This document shows positions 15,206 through 32,921 of a DNA stretch of 64,000 bases, piece after piece; position 1 is the first letter of the stretch; every line of letters starts with the position of its first letter. The DNA is from Eledone cirrhosa. Lineage: Eukaryota. Where the stretch lies: NCBI GenBank assembly GCA_964016885.1, contig OZ024758.1:20212001-20276000 (forward strand), written 5' to 3'. The notes beneath the pieces were generated by a model. That model did no database searches and was not told where the DNA came from. It worked only from the letters and a program-made list of their open reading frames with translations. Made by a program: the position numbers and the translations under genes.

Positions 15206-17168
15206 TTAGCTGATGTACATTATGGAAACCATAATCATACCATATTTAAGTATGGTCGACATTTTACATGCTAATACTTGAGGCTATAATGATTCACTTG
15301 TTGTGTCTGTGGTGCTCATTTTAAATCCCATTGATTTTAATTTACTTTTATTGATAACTATATTTCGTCCAGTAAAAAAGGTAAATTCTAGCCAGCTTAT
15401 TAGTGGCAGGTAACGTCTTAAGAATATTTGATGTACCTAAAACAAATTAGTTAGATTCTAACGTAATATATATATTTCAACACGTAAGAGCCATGTTTTA
15501 TTAGCATATTGGTATGAACGTAATCAATATTAACGTTTTTCAACAATCGTAGCTCCACAGATAAAGGATAAATGAAGTCGAAATTATTGTCCCGTAGCAA
15601 AAGACATCTACACTATACGATGCTTTATACATTCTTGTTTCCGTTTAACACGTTAACTAAGCAAACGAACATTGAATTCAGAAGAAGAAATGGCCGCTTG
15701 TAACGGATATATATTTACTAATTGTTATAATGCTTCATAGGAAGAGATATAGCTTCTATCGATTGTGAAAATAGCTTGCTTAAAACCAACTGGGAACTTG
15801 CCACACACTCCGCAGAAAACAACGGTCCGTTGAATAATAGAAAATACTAATCTAAAGCGAATGAATAATAAATGTGGGTGCGATGCTCTTAAAAGGGAGG
15901 GGAATATATGAGCCCAACATCCCAATACAAAAGCAGCAAGTATTCTACTTTGCAAGCTACTACTGAAAGATAAACTACATAAAAATACCGTAGCTATATA
16001 GATTGTGACATAGCAATGTACACAGATGTATTACTTTTTTTTTCTTTTGTCAACAAAATATGTGTATGATCATATTAAGGCGTGCATGTTTAACGTATAA
16101 GCATACGGACATACATACATTCAGAAGCAAACTTAGCATACAACAACTACACATACACACACACACACACTCACATGCACACGCATTCATCCACACACAC
16201 ATACATATATATATTAGTGTATATGTGTTTGTATATATAATAGATTATTTCCTTAACCAGTAACGATTTGACGTAACATTGGACTGGTGCACGTTTTTGG
16301 CATCATAATACCTCTTCCAGACGGTCTGTCTGAGGTCGTACTGGACACATACTCTTTCGATAATCGTAATAAGGTATGCTTTGTATATTTTTTCAATTCT
16401 TATATGTGTGTGAGTGAGTGTGTTTGTGTGTGTTTCTCAGAGGGAGAGAGAGAGAGCGAGATAGAGATAGAGAGAGAGAGAGAGAGAGACAGAGAGAGAG
16501 AGTGAGAGAGAGAAAGAGATCGCAGAACATGCAGGTGTGTCTTTTATTTATATGTATGGGTGTTGCTGTTTTTGTTGGTTAATGTTTTGACGAGGTGTTT
16601 CTAAATACCGTTGAACACCATTTCCTTATAAAGTGGAACGTTAATAGGTATATGTGACTTTATTGTCAATGATATATTACATTAAACTTTCTTATAAATA
16701 GTTTGATAAGTGCGCATGAACTTACTCAAAACGTGTTCAGTTCATATCAGCAACATTTTTAATCACTGAGATTTCACAACGCCTCAGCTGATGTCTGCTG
16801 CCAAGGCTGCTTGTCTACGTTCACCAATCCAACAGAAATTATAGAACACGGACATATTACAGAAAGGAAATAAAGAATATTTACCACGTGTTACCTCATG
16901 GGAAATCTAGATGTTTTGCAGACCATTCAACTTGCAAATCGCGGACGAACAAAGCTATGTTACACATTTAGCTTTACAATATATAGCTATTTCTATGTCC
17001 CAATTGGTTGGTATATAAATCGACAATGGGAAGACAAAGATACATTGCGGGTCCTTCATTTATATATAAGAAATAATCATTTTCTTACAGAGTTAGTGCA
17101 CGTTATATTAAAATGTTTAGAACTCGGAATATAATCTAAATCATAGTTAATACACACACACACACGTA

Positions 17169-17201
<33 letters not shown>

Positions 17202-17297
17202 TGAAAGTGATTGCTTATATATACGAAGATAGTGGTCAGACAAATGAACACTCAACGCATGTAAGGCGAGTACAAGTTGTATTATAATAGCCAAATA

Positions 17298-17326
17298 CTA
17301 GCAGAATGGCCCGCCGTTGTTCGGGA
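17298..17326 (-). mobile_element. Possible Helitron 3' terminus
   Basis: Minus strand reads CCCG-aacaacgg-CGGG hairpin, about 8 nt, then CTAG|T, the canonical Helitron end. Only a short fragment is visible. Confidence 0.4.
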
Positions 17327-17446
17327 TGTTCTCTATGGTTCTTATATATTTGATGTATATTTATCCTTATCGAGCCTCGTGAAATATATACGTTTGCTAA
17401 TATTTTGTTATCGTGTATGAAAAAATATATGTACACGAATATATAA

Positions 17447-18013
17447 TTAAACAATTAAGTTAAAAATGTACATCCACATATGTATACTGAAATACTAGTA
17501 TGCATATGAATACACACACGTGTACATATGTAGATGTACCGAGTTTTTCACTGGTCACTTTACTGTGAGTGTCCAGCTATTCTGTATGTAAACACGCAGA
17601 CAAACCGGTTTTTAGAGTCATACTGGTTTTTGAGGAAACACCTTTCCTCTATTTTCCAGAAAGCCAGACAAGGAATATTGGACTAGTTTCGATGTTGTTA
17701 CATCTCATCAGCAATATTTACCTATCTTCCGGCCTTTCTAGAGAATCGTAAAAGCACATATCGTTATATGCTTTTTCTGTGAAAATTAGTAGTGGGCAGA
17801 CTAATTTGCATAGAGCGTAAGTACGTACCGGTTCAGCGGAGACGATAAAAACAAATAACGAAACGAAATTAAATTTCGTTTCGTTTGTAACTCACTTTTG
17901 TATGACTGACGCTTAAACAATTAAGTTAAAAATGTACATCCACATATGTATACTGAAATACTAGTATGCATATGAATACACACACGTGTACATATGTAGA
18001 TGTACCGAGTTTT
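17447..18013 (-). mobile_element. Retrozyme/PLE-like unit: 365-bp structured insert between identical 101-bp direct repeats
   Basis: Repeats at 17447-17547 and 17913-18013. The insert carries a perfect hammerhead and several hairpins. Confidence 0.7.
17674..17718 (-). ncRNA. Minimal type-I hammerhead ribozyme (intact core)
   Basis: Minus strand: AATATTG-CTGATGA-GATG taacaa CATC-GAAA-CTAG-TC^CAATATT. 7-bp stem I, stem II, palindromic stem III ACTAGT, GUC cleavage triplet. Confidence 0.92.
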
Positions 18014-18041
18014 GTTTTTAATATATAATTACATATATATA

Positions 18042-18130
<89 letters not shown>

Positions 18131-18535
18131 ACAGATTAAAGTTTAAGCAAATAATCGCTGCTTTCACCGTTAACGAGATCTTCTGAAACTAAAAATCAAT
18201 CTGTGAACGCAGAATTAAATATTTCGTAAAACGTTACAGAATATATATATATATATATATATACACATACATATAGCGTCAAAATGTAATGCAGACATCA
18301 GACATACAGACATATATTATAAGGGCGCAAGGTTATATCTATGTATCTATCTATAAAGAAAAACTAAGAATTATAGAGAGAGATCGCTAAATCGCCTAAT
18401 GCGCTCCCTACGCCATTGGACATTTTAAATTTATTTTTGCTCAACGCTCTCACAGGACCATAAGTTTTACATGAGTAAAGTTTGAAAACAATAGGTTGGC
18501 TGGTTCTCGAGTTATATAAATATATAGTACAGTTC

Positions 18536-18587
<52 letters not shown>

Positions 18588-18589
18588 CT

Positions 18590-18981
18590 AATTGTTTCTA
18601 CTTTTTAGCACAAGGCCAGCAATTACCCAGTGCATTACTGGTACTTTATTTTATCGACTCCGTAAGGATGAATGGCAAAGTTAACCTCGGCGGGATTTGA
18701 ACTCAGAATGGCAAGGGCCGTAACTCAATGCGTCAAAGCATAGCGTCGGACCATCTACCGATACTGCCAATCTACTGTCATTATATATATGTATAGGGCG
18801 GTGGATTGGCAGTATCGGTAGAGGGTCGGACCCCATGCTTTCCAGCATAGTTACGTCCCTTTACGATCTGAGTTCAAATCCCGACGAGGTTGATTTTGCC
18901 TTTCATCATTACGGGGTCGATAAAATAAAGTACCAGTAATGCACTGGGTAATTGCTGGCCTTGTGCCTGAAGTAGAAACAA
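18590..18981. mobile_element. Head-to-head SINE pair (minus 18590-18772, plus 18797-18981)
   Basis: Full-length consensus motifs in opposite orientations. Confidence 0.9.
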
Positions 18982-19272
18982 GTATATATATGTATGTATA
19001 TATATATATATATATGTATAATATAATGTATAATAAACAATACAATATAATTACCTCATTGCCAGAGGTTTCCCGAATAAGACGAATACGAAAAACGTCC
19101 TCATTCGTTCATATATATATAGTAGAACTGTAACATTCGTATCAATAATATAGAATAATTCCATAGAAATGAAACGGCTTTTGTCATGTAGAAATCATAA
19201 AAATGCGTGTGTATGTGTGTGTGTCATATGTATATGATGGTATGTATATATGTATGTATATGTGTATGTGTA

Positions 19273-19328
<56 letters not shown>

Positions 19329-19332
<4 letters not shown>

Positions 19333-19550
19333 GGAATAAAAGCTTCACGGCACAGTCATTGCTTTATATCTGGAGATCTCTCTGCACTTGTCGTCACATG
19401 ATACCAAGGGCCCAGCACTATGTGTCAACAATTGCCACAAGTGTAGTGTTTGTACCAGAGTTTTCAAGTCGCTGGCTGGACTAAAAAGTCACACTCGTTC
19501 AGCGCATTGGTAGGGGTTCTCCTACATGGATATAAAGTTGGCAGCCACCA
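19329..19550 (+). mobile_element. LINE 3' fragment with C-terminal C2H2 zinc finger (RTE-like)
   Basis: 19442-19513 encodes [23 protein letters not shown], the Cx2C..F....GL.SH.R..H finger seen at the end of many RTE ORFs. A short 3' UTR follows, and both ends abut (TA)n. Confidence 0.7.
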
Positions 19551-22416
<2,866 letters not shown>

Positions 22417-22417
<1 letters not shown>

Positions 22418-24438
22418 ACTTTGAAATATTTTGGCCACTGTTGGCCCAGGCCATGTCTAACTTAATAGCACCACCTGGCGAAGTCTTTCAATCAGGATTT
22501 GGGCACCATGGCCCATTCGAGAAGAGAATTACTGTTTGCGGAGACATATCCGGGTGTGGGTGGTTTGTCCGGGGATTACTTGGAGGAATTTGTCCAAAGG
22601 ACTTCTTGAATTTTGTGTGGTCAGTTTCTGTTTTGACGTGTCCTGGTGTGATGTTGAAGAGAGCAGGGCCGATTGAGGTGAAATAATTGTGCCGTATTAT
22701 TGTTATGAGTTGCGATTTAGATTTTTGAATGGGACGGATAGCACGGGGCCCAAGCCTTGGGTGTATCTTGAAGGCGATGCCAACATCATTTGGGCAGTGA
22801 TGATGGAACATTTTCCACATCATGCAGATAATATAACGCTCACGGCGACGTTGGAGTGAGTAAAGTTTCAGGTTTTCTAATCGACCCCAGTAGTCAAGTT
22901 CTGACATGCCATCTATCTTTTTCGTGATTGCCCTTTGAGGAGCTTCAAGTTTCATGATACTTTGTTTCGTGTGGGAGACCACAGTGGACAACAGTATTCA
23001 AGGTGTGGTCGGGCAAAAGTAGAGAAGAGAAGGATAATGGTGCGGGAATCTCTCGACTGGAAGGTTCTGAGGATCCAGGAACACATTCTGCGGGCCATGT
23101 CAACTTTGCTGCTTATATGCGTGGTCCAGCTTATGTTGCTGTCCACGGTTACTCCCAAGTCTCTGATGTTGTTAGATGCCACGAGAGTTTCCCCGGATGG
23201 AAGGGAGTACGGGTGTTTCAGAGCATCCTCTTTTCCAAAGTGGATCAGTTCGAATTTGTCTTCGTTCAGTAACATGTTGTTCTTTTCTGCCCATTGGGTA
23301 ACAGCCAGTAGGTCTGACTGAAGGCTTATCCGGTCATCCACGCCATTGATGACCTTTTGGAGCTTGGAATCATCAGCGAAAATTTTAATGTTGCTGTGTT
23401 TGATGATGTCAGTGATGTCATTAATATAGATGATGAAGAGAAGTGGGCCCAACACAGTGCCTTGTGGGACTCCACTACTGACTTTGGCTGGGCTTGATTT
23501 GACTCCCTCAACTACAACATGTTGGGTTCTGTTTGACAGGAAGCTCTTGATCCACTGCAGCAGCTTTCCAGTGACACCAATATTGGACAGCTTTCTCAGA
23601 AGAATGTTATGATCAACCCTGTCAAAGGCCTTGCTGAAATCAAGGTAGATAACATCAGTGTTGGAACCCTCTCCCAAGGCTCTCAAAATGTCATCAAAGT
23701 GATGCAGTAGCTGCGTCAGGCAATCCCTTCCATTACGGAATCCATGCTGGTTGGAGTTCAGCATATTGTTACTCTCAAGGAAGTGGGTCATTCGCGATCT
23801 CACCACTCGCTCAAATACCTTAATGATATGAGAGGTGAGTGAGATTGGACGGTAATTCACGGCAAGGGATGTGTTTCCCTTTTTGAAAACTGGGACAACA
23901 GACTGGGATAGAAGGTTTTCTGGCACATAACCAGCATCCAGTGAGTTCCGCCACAGATTGACAAGAGGAGATGCAAGTTGGTGTTGACACGCCTTCAAGA
24001 CACAAGCAGGGAACCTATCGGGACCTACTGCTGAATTATGCTTGATTTCCTTTATTGCCGCCAAGACATCAGGGGCGCCAAACGTTATGTCCGATAAGGT
24101 GTAATGGGGAGTAACATCGCCGATACAGCCCAGATCGGCCATATCAGGATTGCTGAAAACAGAGCAGTATTGTTTCTGCAGTATCTCACCCATGGTTTTA
24201 GCATTGTCTTGAAGAGTGCCATTTTCATCGATTAGAGGGCCAACAGTAGAGCCAGTGATTTTGTGTTTTTTTGCAAATGAAAAGAACACTTTGGGATTGA
24301 GTTTGATCTTCTCAATGGCCCAGGCCTCTTCAGCTCTTCTCTGATTGTTGATGAGGGACATTATGTTGTATTGGAGGTTATGTTTTTTAATCTCTAGTGA
24401 TGAAATGGCAGTCAAGTTGATGTGTTGCTGCTGACAGT
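22417..24438 (-). mobile_element. 5'-truncated CR1-group LINE with reverse transcriptase
   Basis: ORF 22952-24415 has YRPISLTS, QHGFR, YLDFSKAFD, GVPQGTVLGPLLF, FADD and RDLGV...RPHLEY. It continues after a frameshift (~22975) as KLEAPQR...LYSLQRRR. No APE domain is present. The short 3' UTR has a GGCC hairpin. Confidence 0.95.
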
Positions 24439-24439
24439 A

Positions 24440-25400
<961 letters not shown>

Positions 25401-25905
25401 ATGATTGATTGTATATAGGTGCGTATATGTATGTCTGTGTATATGTATGTATATATGTATGAATGTGTACACGTATATATGTGGGTATTTATCTATGTAT
25501 ATAAAGTTATTTCAGTGAACAAACATATGTAGTGTAATACTATTTTCGTGGTGCTATCTCTTCCCCTCCTATATATTTCACATTATTCTTCATTGTCCAT
25601 CACGTAGACTTAACATTCTATTTGCTTCCTTCCGTTGTTTGTTTTCTCATCTTAATAAATCTATTTTCTTCGTGTTTTATTCTTCATTCTCACTTTGATA
25701 TGTTTTTATCTATGCATTTGATGTTTGTTATAGATACATAAACAACCTTGACTATTGTTTCTACTTTAAAACACCCTTTAATATAATCACGCTCGCACAC
25801 ACATAACACATGAGCTCCCATCTGCATATACACACATACATACAGATATATATAATTTATATACACACACAATATACTTTTACACACATACACCCCCCTC
25901 ACACG

Positions 25906-25937
<32 letters not shown>

Positions 25938-26014
25938 TAATAACAATAATAATAATAAATATACATCGATATATAGATATAGATATGTATATATACCTGT
26001 GAAAGTTTCGGTAG

Positions 26015-26064
<50 letters not shown>

Positions 26065-28101
26065 AGAGATGTGTGTATGTTTGTATAAATACATATGTAT
26101 ATTCATGTGTGTATATGTATACATAGATATATAGATATATGTGTGTGTCCGTATGTTTGTATGTAATCGTGGCCGTCAATGTGTGTCCTCTGAATTACCG
26201 ACGATAATGGTGATTGAAAGTCAAGTGCAGTGTGTGGTGGAATTCAGAAGAAACATTTAATGGACACGCACATCCATTAGGTAGTTTGTGTTAAACACGA
26301 TTCTATACAAATCAACACGTTCTGGAACGGCGGGCAACCTTTTAAACCCAATTAATAATTAAAGTAAATATGGAAAAATAGTTCCGTTATTAAGCAAGTA
26401 AAGTCAGTAAAAGCAATCGTCCCGTACATCATGTGTCGAAACGTTCTATAATTGTGGAGTTATCCGATTATTTATTTATCTGCCATGTTTTAAAACCATT
26501 AATATGCAATATGATAATGTTAATAATGAAAAAATATATATAATGACATATTTGTAAAACTAGAAATGTCTTTAAAATTGGTGGAAATGACCTGTAGATG
26601 AGCAAATATTTGAAACCGAAATGTTAATAGAATGACCTGATTACATCAACCGAAATATAGGAAACAGTCTGTTTACTTCTGTATAGCCAGAGCCGAGATT
26701 TGATAATCAAAAATATTTCTGATAGCATTTGTTCCTGCAAAAATAATAATATCCTGGTAATACATATACATATATTAATATATGTCTGTGTATGTGTGAG
26801 TAAATGTGAGGCGTAAGTTTTTTTTTTTAATTTTTATCAGCTCTCTTCGTCGGTGAATTGAAATATATTGCTAATGGAAGTAAAAGTTGTTGTCTTTTTC
26901 TCTTTCTGTCAAGGGAGTTCCATGGATTTTGTAAATGTGTGGTAAAAGTGAGAGTGTGTTGATTAAGTTTGATACACTAATTCAGTCATCCAATATGATG
27001 CATATATGAATATCCCGATGTGTTATAATATCGTTGATCAGGGATCATGCTTGGTTTTCAAAGATGAGCAAGCTGTTGTTGGATCAACTTAAAAATGTAA
27101 TCAGGAATTAACGTGTGAATCTTTAGTGTGTCGTAGACCAATACGACGTTAATATAATTCAAGTGCAGAAACAAGTTTCAGTATGAAGCTTTGGCAGGTT
27201 TCGTCTCCCACATTGTATATTTTTGATTTAGCACCACTTATCCGAATACAACATAAAACAAAAGAAAGATTAAATATATTCGCCCTTAATAACAATTGTT
27301 CATATTATATATTAATAAGTATTAACTCTGGCAGCAGATAAAAAATACGTCATACGGAGTTATTGGGACTTGATTAAGATGCAAGGCATGATGAGCGCTA
27401 CTATTTGTTAACGACGGTCGTCTGAGAATAGTTTTACATGTTAAACTCACAACAATTCAAACTAAACATTAATTGATTTATTTTTTACTCAAGACGTAAC
27501 CCCTCTCCCAAAGGAAATACTGAAGAAAATACGCATTATTACTACTTTAAACCACATTATTGATGTTTTGTTGTTGCTGTTACAGCTGCTTTTGCTGTTG
27601 TTTTTATAAATTTAAGCTGCATAGAATACATCTAAAACATGAGTACTACCGCTATCCTTATTTTCAGCACCATCGTCGGCATCATCATCATATTCATTAT
27701 CATCGCTGATGTTCTTTCTTTTCATCCTCCTCTCCCTCCTTCTCATCACCACCCTCATCTCCATCATCATCATCATCGCCATTTTCACTGTCATCGCACA
27801 AGGAAACAATGGCATCATTAAAGTTTGCCCGAGACGCCTGGAATTACTCTGTTTTCAGAAAAAAAGAAGACGTAAATAAACAATTCAGAAAGAGAATTTA
27901 AAAAAAATAAAGAAAGATCTTCGTTTTAGATTAAGTGCATTGAAAATGTGCCAGTTTATAAGAACTTTGTTTGACGGCAATTGTAGAAACGCTAGATTAC
28001 CAAAGAAATTACCATGTGATGCACAGTTACGACCTTTGCTATCGAGTTTACTTCAATCATTGCTTAGATTCGTATTTATATTTTATTATCGTCTTATTCT
28101 T

Positions 28102-28420
28102 AGCAATATCGGTAGAGGGTTGACGCCATACGTTCCAGCATAGATACGTCCATTTACGGTCTGAGTTCAAATTCCGTCGAGGTTAACTTTGCCTTTCATC
28201 CTTACGGGGTCGATCAAATAAAATACAAGTCACGCACTAGGGTCGATTTAATTGACTTTCCCTTCCTCCAAAATTGCTGGCCGTGTGCCTATATAAGAAA
28301 CCATTATCGTCTTATTCTTAAGGCGGTGGATTGGCACTATCGGTAGAGGGTCGATAACATAAAGTACTAGTAATACACTAGAATAATTGCTGGCCTTGTG
28401 CCAAAAGTAGAAACAATTAT
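28102..28420 (+). mobile_element. SINE copy plus an internally deleted tandem copy
   Basis: Consensus motifs; ATTATCGTCTTATTCTT at 28085, 28303 and 28416. Confidence 0.88.
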
Positions 28421-29124
28421 CGTCTTATTCTTTCGTAGTCGATAACTGAGTTCAGTCACCTGACTGCGGTCCTGATATGCCTTGGATGGGTTAATATCAC
28501 AATCAATTATAGAGATTATTAAAGTCAAAGAAGTCATCCGTGTCTATAGGAAATTTAGAGATATTTATCATTATTTGTTTTGGCTTAATATCTAAATGAC
28601 CAGAGAGTATAAAAAAATATATAGTAAAACATTTCATTTTTGTATTGATTTTGATAGATTTTTCATGTGTAAACATGTATTGAAACTTTATTATACGTTC
28701 GCAGGGCCATGATCTTTATATTATCTCGTCTTTTTAGGCAAGATAATGTATAACAGAATAAAGACGAGACACAATATAACTAATGTAGTATCTAAAAAAG
28801 TCACAAAATGTGTAACGAAAGTATTTTGACTATCAGCAAGTAACCACCTGATCCTTTGCCAATTTGGTGTCAGTTAATGTGTTGCATTGTTTACAAATAA
28901 TTCCCTAGTAGAGACTTTTAATTTATCTAAAACAGTATAGCTGAGTTTTGCAACGTAGAAGTTGTAATACTAGCAACGGCAGTAGTATTCGTAGTAGTAG
29001 CAACATCAGTAATACAGTATTGCTATTAGTTGTAGCAGTAGTAGTACCAGCAGTAACAGTAATCGCAATAGTAGATGTATTAGTAGTTGTTGAAGTGGTA
29101 GTAGATATGTTGGGGAATTATAAT

Positions 29125-29665
29125 AATTCTTTCTACTTTGGCACAAGGCCAGCAATTTAACCAGTAGATTACTGGTACTTTGTTTTATCGACCCCGAAGG
29201 ATGAAAGGCAAAGTTAACCTCGACGGGATTTGAATTCAGATCATAAAGAGCCGTAACTCTTTGCTGCTGCAAAGCATGGCGTCCGGCCCTCTACCGATAC
29301 TGCCAATCCACCTATGATAATAGTTTCACAAGGCCATCTATTTTGGGGAAAGGGAAAGTCGATTAAATCGACCCAAGTGCGTCACTGGTACTTTATGATA
29401 TCGACCGTGTAAGGATAAAAGGCAAACTTCACCTCGGCGGGATTTGAACTCAGTCCGTAAAGGGACGTAAATATGCTAGAAAGCCTGGCGTCTAACCCTC
29501 TACCAATTTTGCCAATTCACCAGATAATAATTGTTTCTACTTTTGGCACAAGGCCAGAAATTATCCCAATGCAGTACTGGTACTTTATTTTATCGACCCC
29601 GTAAGTCTGAAAGGCAAACTTAACCTCGACGGGATTTGAACTCATATCGTAAATGGACGTAGCTC
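29125..29665 (-). mobile_element. Three tandem SINE copies
   Basis: Three reverse-complement consensus units. Confidence 0.88.
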
Positions 29666-30659
29666 TGCTATAATAATTAATTGAATCAAAATCAGCAGGT
29701 GCGTGTGTTATTTAGTGGCTGCCTGACCCTTCCAGTGTATACCAATATGGTAAAGAGTTATATTACATAACACATTTATATTTAACGCCTTCCATATCAC
29801 ATTTCTATGATATTATATTCCAAACGATGAAATTAGGAAGGATGTATATAAAGATTAGGGATATAGTTAATTTTCTCGTTCTTAAGCTGATGTTGGAACC
29901 TGATTTGACAAAATAACCATTAAGGTTTTAGATAAATATTATCACTTTAATAATATAGCACCATGTGGGTTTCAGATGTGGTATCAAATGTCGTCATTGA
30001 CATATATTGTGGGATTTCAGTGCGTGATTTTGCATTCTACGTCCAATTTCTGTCTAGATCAATGTTGCTATTAAATCTTCAGCTCGGTTCTTATCAAATA
30101 AGTACTAATTAAGTGTCGATAAACATTCACTGCGATCTACATTTCCCTAACATCTGAAGCTATCTGCGAGTACATCGCTAACATCTGAAGCTATGTGCGT
30201 ATGTTTGAAATTGTTGTTATTATTAGTAATTATAGAGCAAGGATTGCCAAAGTAGTTTATATCGACACAACGTAGCCGATTTGACTAGGTCGAAGATCGA
30301 TTTAAGCCTGACATATGTATGAGAAATAAAGATACAGAAGATAAAATACAAAAAAATAATACAATAAAGTAAAACCTGCTTATACAGGTTTCTTCTTATA
30401 GCTTCTTTTGTATCTATTTTCTGTTTAATAATTTATTTATTTACGGATATATTTTAAAACATGCTAGCTGTTGATGAGGGTCAAGGATTATATGAACAGG
30501 GTGGGAGGTCGAAACTGCTTTGATATCACTAATGAAGACTCTGTAAATGAAGACAGCATGATTTAACATACTTTATACATGAACTTCAAATTCTGAAGGA
30601 ATCAACTTTGCCCTCGTGTGAATACTCCATGTGCTTTTTGTACAAGGTGTGGGAAGTGG

Positions 30660-30666
30660 CAGCAGC

Positions 30667-30721
<55 letters not shown>

Positions 30722-30892
30722 GTAGTAGTAGTAGTAGTAGTAACTGTAGCAGCAGTAATAGTATGAGTAAAAGCAGCATTCATAATGGTAGCTGCGGTAG
30801 TAGTCTAGTAGACGAGGCAGCAATTCAAGTAATACCAGCAGCAACAGTTATAGTATCAGTAAAAACCAACAGCAGCAGTAACATCATTATTG

Positions 30893-30932
<40 letters not shown>

Positions 30933-30935
30933 ACA
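30660..30935. repeat. (AGT)n trinucleotide repeats
   Basis: Direct reading. Confidence 0.9.
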
Positions 30936-31631
30936 TAGTGGTAATGGAGGTGTTGGAGGTGGTGGTGATATATGTAGAGAAGGCAATGTAATGAAACAGT
31001 TAATTCGTTGAAACTATGAAACGAGAAAAAAAATAGATTATAAGAAAGGAGACTATGTGAATGTCTGAATGGAGGCCAACATTAATTACATATCATCTCA
31101 ACATTATACACCTACTAAGGTTTCTTACGAAAAGACGCTAAGGAGTGAATCGCTTTACAGATATAATGAAAAATCGATGCTACACAGGAAATCTCAGCGA
31201 AATAAGGCGAAGACATAAACATATTAAGTAGGGCAGCATCTAACAGTGAATATAGAAACAAATAGGAAAAACGAAACACATTGCGGTAGAAGAACTAAAC
31301 ATTTATACGATGAAATCTTTTAAAATCGTAATCTGTCAATAAGTATGTTCAACAATACCAACAATGTAAGAGGAAATTATTCCTCACCTACAGATTTTTA
31401 CGACGCCGTGTGTAGGAGAATGCTTGGAATGAAAATTAACTAGGTCATCGTTAATAGGTTTTTCAAGCAGCAAGCTTTAATATCGTTTGAAATAAATAAG
31501 CATTGCAGAGAAAGAAGAAAAAAATCATTAAAAAAATCATCAATGTACAGAACAATGAAATGTACTGAAAAATAAGGCAAGGGAAATAATTCATATTGAG
31601 TGATGTCAATAATCTAAAGCGGTCCTCTCTT

Positions 31632-31668
<37 letters not shown>

Positions 31669-31671
<3 letters not shown>

Positions 31672-31950
31672 GCTTAAAAATGGAATGTGAATAAGAAGAA
31701 AGGGAGAACAGTTGTGGAGGCTTGGGGTGGCTCGTCATTTGTGTACTGGGGGTCTATGCAATTTCAACGTTTTAAAGACAATATATCTACCTAGTTGTTG
31801 AATGCTCTCGTTGAGATATCCAAGACCCCCAGTAGACATCTGACGCGGAACCCCGCCTTTCTCCGTCCATGCTTTCTTCTTATACTCATTCCATTTTTAA
31901 GCGTACCTTAACTAGCGACTACATAGCCACTCCTATTCTCCAAATATATT
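31669..31950 (+). repeat. Diverged fold-back element (~235-bp hairpin plus tail)
   Basis: TACGCTTAAAAATGGAATG...(31669) pairs with ...CATTCCATTTTTAAGCGTA (31905). Inner pair TACTGGGGGTCT/AGACCCCCAGTA. Flanked by (TA)n. Confidence 0.8.
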
Positions 31951-31967
31951 TATATATATATATATAT

Positions 31968-32143
31968 AACAAAGAGGGTGTGGTAAGATACTAGGTGGAC
32001 CATAAAGCGCCAGAGTATTCAATACTTAGGGTAGTAAAGTGGGTAATAGGAACAGATTCATGATCCCGGTTTCGACAGCTAGAACCAAATATAGCTGTTG
32101 AAACGGCCGTACCTCAACCGTCGGGCTCCTGTCTCTTTTCCTA
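31968..32143 (-). mobile_element. Family A element (diverged fold-back)
   Basis: AACAAAGAGGGTGTGGTAAG...GGACCATAA...GGGTAATAGGAAC, ending TTCCTA-(TA)n. Confidence 0.7.
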
Positions 32144-32307
32144 TATATATATATATATATATATATTTATGTTGTTATACTTGCGGAGGGTCATATTTGT
32201 GTAATAACATTGCCAGAATTAATAACAGAAAACACTCGCTGTTTGGTTGGTTTTCGCTTCTGTGTCTGTTTTATCGGTTTATTTAATTTATTCGGTGCTC
32301 AATGTTA

Positions 32308-32381
<74 letters not shown>

Positions 32382-32509
32382 ATAATATTACATTTGAAGA
32401 CTAACATCCAAAGAGTGCTCGATAAGGATACATATATATCAAATATATAAGAACAGTGGAGCAAATATTTATTAAAATAAAATATTAAACGTTAATCTGT
32501 TGTTTTAAG

Positions 32510-32547
<38 letters not shown>

Positions 32548-32549
<2 letters not shown>

Positions 32550-32688
32550 CGAAGGAAATGTGGTAAGGAACCAGGTGGACCATGACGCACCAACGTACTC
32601 AATACTTAGGGTAGTAGAGTGGGTAATAGGAATAAGTAGGACCCCGACGGGTGAGCTCAAGCCGTTTCGACGGCTAATTCTGGACTAG
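32548..32688 (-). mobile_element. Family A element (no fold-back arm)
   Basis: AACGAAGGAAATGTGG...GCCGTTTCGACGGCTAATTCTGGACTA inside (TA)n. Confidence 0.8.
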
Positions 32689-32852
32689 TTATATATATAT
32701 TAAAATAACAGATTAAAATTTAAGCAAAGAATCGCTGATGTTACCCTTCACAGGATCTTCTGAAAATATTTTCTCTATGGTTCTTATATATTTGATATAT
32801 ATTTTTGCTTATCGAGCCCTCTTTGGATTTTAGTCTTCAAATTTATTATTAT

Positions 32853-32921
<69 letters not shown>

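Noticed and set aside
16261-16372. Candidate exon bounded by AG and AAG|GTATGC
   Set aside because: The longer version has stops in all frames, and the shorter 52-nt version is unrecognisable with no partner exons.
18360-18541. Possible Helentron/HINE-like element (AAACTAAGAA...TTCTAGTTT)
   Set aside because: Single diverged copy with weak termini; cannot be supported.
18797-18890. tRNA gene (A and B boxes)
   Set aside because: The boxes belong to the SINE head; no cloverleaf.
28085-28432. Short direct repeats with spacers (CRISPR-like)
   Set aside because: The repeats are SINE target duplications in eukaryotic DNA, and there are no cas genes.
30470-30520. TTGATGAG...CGAAAC hammerhead-like words
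   Set aside because: No stem II or stem I pairing.
30573-31011. Poly-Ser/Thr/Leu ORFs; also the His-rich ORF at 27639
   Set aside because: Trinucleotide microsatellites.
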